Source: Camelus dromedarius (Eukaryota). Taken from it: a DNA stretch of 26,173 nt. The notes under the pieces were generated by a model. The model had not been told where the DNA came from, ran no database searches, and saw only the letters and a list, made by a program, of their open reading frames with translations. The DNA is taken from the NCBI RefSeq assembly GCF_036321535.1, contig NC_087436.1:123258001-123284173 (forward strand), in the 5' to 3' direction. A program made the translations under genes and the position numbers. This document shows, piece by piece, positions 22,486 to 26,173 of this stretch (its first letter is position 1; each line of letters starts with the position of its first letter).

Positions 22486-25400
22486 TGGGTGTACCCTAAC
22501 TTGCTTATGTATTCATGCACGGAAGGACATCCTCATCATTTAAAGTTTTTAGCCATTATGAGTAGAGTTGCTGTGTATAATTGCGTGCTAGTTTTTGTTT
22601 GGACACTTCATCAAAGCAATTGTCTAAATACTAGAGGTGCAATGTTGGATTCTCAGGTGAGCATTGACTAGCTTTGGAAAAAACTGCCCAACTGCCCTTT
22701 CAAAGTAGCCACACATGCATTCCACCTGCAGTGAGGGAGAGTTCAGTTTTCTTCATCTTCTGTCAGTCACAAGTAATGTCATTTTTTGGAGTTTAGTGGT
22801 TCTAATGAGCGTGCAGTGTTACATCATCATTGTTTTAATTTGCAGTTTCCTACTGGTATATGATTTTTGAGAACATTTTTATAAGCTTATCTACTATCTG
22901 TGTGTTTTCTTTGGAGAGGTGTTTGTTAAGATCTTTACCTATTTTTATTGGGGTTGTTTGTTGTAAAGTTCTTGGGGTAATTTGAGTCCAAATCCTTAAT
23001 CAGTTATGTGTTTTGTAAATTTATGTTTCTCAGTATGTGTCTTGTCTTTAGGTTTTCTGAATAAGGTCATAAACAGAGTTTAGATTTTTAATTTTTTAAA
23101 TTCCATGATTTAAATTTTACTTCTGTGGATAGACTTGGGGATTTTTGTAAAAGTTCATCACCTAGACAAGGTTATGTCGATTTCCTTACATGTTTTCTTT
23201 TAGAATAATTCCAGATGTGCATTTTATAGTTGTCTATGGACAATTTAGAGTACATTTTGGTGTGAGTGGTAAAACCTGAGTGGTTGTGGCCCGCAGTTCC
23301 CAGCTGGCGAGCGGATGGCACTGTTCTCTGACCCTCAAGGTGCACGTGTCTCACTGAGTGGGTTGGCTCCTATGGGAACTTGGCTCCTTGCGGGGCTGGT
23401 GGAGGCTGGGTCTCTTCAGGACCCACCGTGGCTTCAGCTTCAGGACAACACTCGACCAACCAAGTCCACCCAGACAGGAGCCAGACGTCTTCAAGAATCA
23501 CCAGGAGGCATCACTGTGGGAGTAAAAGGTGAGGGAAAAGTGGGGAGAGGCTTCCTGTGTGTGATTGCAACTAAAGAGGTCCATTTTCAGAGGATCCAGC
23601 AGAGGAGGGGCTTGATGTGGAAAAATTTCAGATTTACTTGATTTTGTATCTAGTGTTGACAGTGTCTAGTGTAACTTTGGGGGGTATGGTGTCCCATGTT
23701 GTTGGCACCGTTTATTGAGGGGACTGTCCTTTTCCCATTTTGTGTTCTGGGCTCTTTTGCCATGGACTAACTGACAACATAAAGACGGGTTTATTCCTGT
23801 GCTCCCTGTTCTGCTCCTCTGGTCCATGTGCCTGTTTTTGTGCCAATATCTTACTGTATCTCTGCTGGGGACTGTGGCTTCCTAACGTCGTGTGAAGCCA
23901 GGGAGGGAGATGCCTCCAACTGAGTTCTCCCTTCTCAAGGTTGCTCAGGCTACTCCAGGTTCTTTTTTGTTCCGTACAAATGGTAGGATTTCTTGTTTTC
24001 TGTTTCTGTGAAAAAAATGCCATTTGGTAGAGTTTGGTAGAGTTTGCAGTTGATGTGTGCACTGCTTAGGCTTCGTGAATGTTACAGTAATGTTCTTCTA
24101 GTGCACGAGCACAGCTTTTATTTTGTGTGTGTGTCCTCTTCAATTTCTTTATCAGTGTTTTCTAACTTTCCATGTGCAGGCCTTTCACATCCTTGGTTCA
24201 TTTTATTCCTAGGTTTTACTTTATTTTATTTTTGGTACAATTGTTAAATGGAATTGCTTTATTAATTTCTCTTTCTGAAACTTCTTTATTAGTGTACAGA
24301 AAGTCAATCGATTTTTGTGTATTGATATTGTATCATGTAACTTTACTAAAGGTATTTATGACTTTTTTACAGTTTTTTTTTTTTTGGTGTGTTGATGTGG
24401 AAAAGTATAATTCAAAATTGCCACTTTTTTTTAAAATCACATCCAAGTCCTTCACAACAACCAAGACACAGTGGCTTATGATATTATCTTAAGGTGTCTC
24501 TTAATAATATGTAGATTCCTGCAAGGGCAATCAGCTTAACCATTTTGGATCAACTGGAACTGGAGAAGGCTTGGGCTCTATAGTGAAGTTTGATGTTTTC
24601 TCTGCTTTCCTGTTATGATTTTGATATGGTTGATTTAAAAAAAATTATTTACTTTCCAATACTTTTAAGCATACAGAATATGTGCAGTAGCAGTACAGTG
24701 TACTCTTCATCTGTAAGCTCAGGTTTCTCTCTCATCACTGATGTAGCACGTATGCCACTTCTCATGACAATCTCTAGTGTGTTTTTACCTTGAATAGAGA
24801 CACTCTGTGTCACCACATAACATCCAAGTGAGGATTCATTATGGTTTTCACTTCATAACGCAGTCCACAGGCTCAGTTCCACTGTCGGCACCTGCTCCAG
24901 CTGTATGGCAATGGGTTTTCCCAATCTGATTCAGTGGTGTTTTTTGTTTTTGTTTTTTTCTTTTCCTGGAACTGTTCTCGAGACTTTCCCTTATTTCCCC
25001 AACCTTGATCGAATTAAAGTGAGTATGATCTGGCTGGCCTTTTCTGTATGGCCTCTTTCTCTTAGGATGTTTCCGTTGTTCATCTATGTTGTAACAAATA
25101 TCAGTACTTCATGTTTTTCATTGTGAGTAAATCTATTCCATATGACAGTTACCATTTAAACTGCTTTAAGTATATAGTTTCATTATGTTCATGTAATACA
25201 GTTTTTGGATATTAGCTATGTTTACCTTGTTGTAGAAATGTTCTCAGCACTCATCTGCACTACTTTTTCAGTTTCCCCAAGTGAGACTGTATCCATGAGA
25301 CACTTAACTCCTAACCCCCTGGCAAATACATTGTACGTTTTATTATTGAATTAGACTTATGCGGATACCTCATCTTAGAATCATAGAATGTGTGTCCTTT

Positions 25401-25500
25401 ATTGGTTTGATTTGGTTTGTTTCCCTTGAATGACTTCAAGGTTCATCCACAGTGTAGCATGTGTCAGAATTACCTTCATTTTAAAGGCTGAATCCTGTTT
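22110..25500 (+). repeat. Duplicated cassette copy D
   Basis: LTR, L1 22486-23270, exon-like block ending AAG|GTGAGG (GT 23529-23530), L1 fragment 23627-24391 with the 19-mer at 23900-23918, spacer, L1MB pieces. Confidence 0.85.
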
Positions 25501-25648
25501 AAATGTGTAAAGTAATTATAATTATTTTACTTTGATTTAAAGATAAGTATAGTTGGGTATCTACCCCCATACTAACCCATGGACACTACTTTGAACCTTT
25601 GTTGACCTGTAATAAGTGCCAGCACTTGTTGAACCACGTGTACGTCCA

Positions 25649-25662
25649 CCTCTAGGTGGCAG
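25649..25662 (+). promoter_or_regulatory. Candidate CTCF site
   Basis: CCTCTAGGTGGCAG closely fits the CCASYAGRKGGCRS core (one mismatch). Confidence 0.5.
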
Positions 25663-25794
25663 TCTGGCCACGTAGGAGCCTCTGCTGACCTAGCCATGTC
25701 CTCCGTGTATTTAGGAGGTGTCTCATTCTTGGTGATTTTAATTTTTTTAACTACCATCAGTAATATAAAACCATCAGCCATATCCCAATGTATG

Positions 25795-26173
25795 TAGTTT
25801 GAGTTAATTGTATATGTGGTTTATTCCCCTGCATGTGGATAGCCAGTTACCCAGCACCATTTGTGGAAAAGAGTAGTTTAAAAAAAAAAAAAAACCTAAA
25901 TATTCACGCTTGTCAAAAATGTATTGATCCTAAGTGAATGGGATTATGTTCGGGCTTCTTATGTACTGCCATTTATCTATATTTATATTTTATGGCAATA
26001 TCATATTTTTATATTGCTTTGTATTGACATGAAATTTGAAAATATGAAGATCTATCTTTGGTTTTCCCTTTTCAAGTTTGTTTTGTCTTTTCGGGGTTCC
26101 TAAAATTATATGCGAATGTTAAAATCAACTTCTGTGTTTGTTCCAAAATTGTCATAGAAATTATGTTGTCTCT
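25795..26173 (-). mobile_element. Old L1 ORF2 fragment, antisense
   Basis: tttgagttaattgtatatgtggt...gcatgtggatagccagttacccagcaccatttgtggaaaa is typical L1 antisense text. Confidence 0.75.

Noticed and set aside
8702..24492. Many short ORFs with L1 ORF2p-like peptides
   Set aside because: Frameshifted remnants of dead L1s; no intact element.
9850..25500. Assembly artefact or CRISPR-like array as the cause of the repeats
   Set aside because: Copies are strongly diverged with private insertions and kb-scale irregular spacing; eukaryotic context.

Overview
Mammalian genomic DNA, probably laurasiatherian (no Alu, B1, Can-SINE, Bov-A or PRE-1 recognised; species not determinable). The left end holds the first two coding exons of PIGG (minus strand) and its CpG-island promoter, which looks bidirectional. 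The other ~24 kb has no credible protein-coding gene and is mostly old L1 and ERV-LTR fragments, but has two hidden structures. (1) Four diverged, same-orientation paralogous cassettes (A ~9.85-10.85 kb, B ~13.2-17.6 kb, C ~17.7-22.1 kb, D ~22.1-25.5 kb). Each is built as old L1, then a promoter/non-coding first-exon-like block with a + strand splice donor (lost in C), then an L1 ORF2 fragment bounded by a direct repeat, then a unique spacer and more L1 (last parts missing in A). Only copy B keeps an intact CpG-rich GC-box/CCAAT promoter. (2) An old ~0.8 kb NUMT (CYTB 3' end, tRNA-Thr, tRNA-Pro, control region) that truncates copy A. Repeat subfamily names are from recall of consensus sequences and boundaries are approximate; no alignment tool was run.
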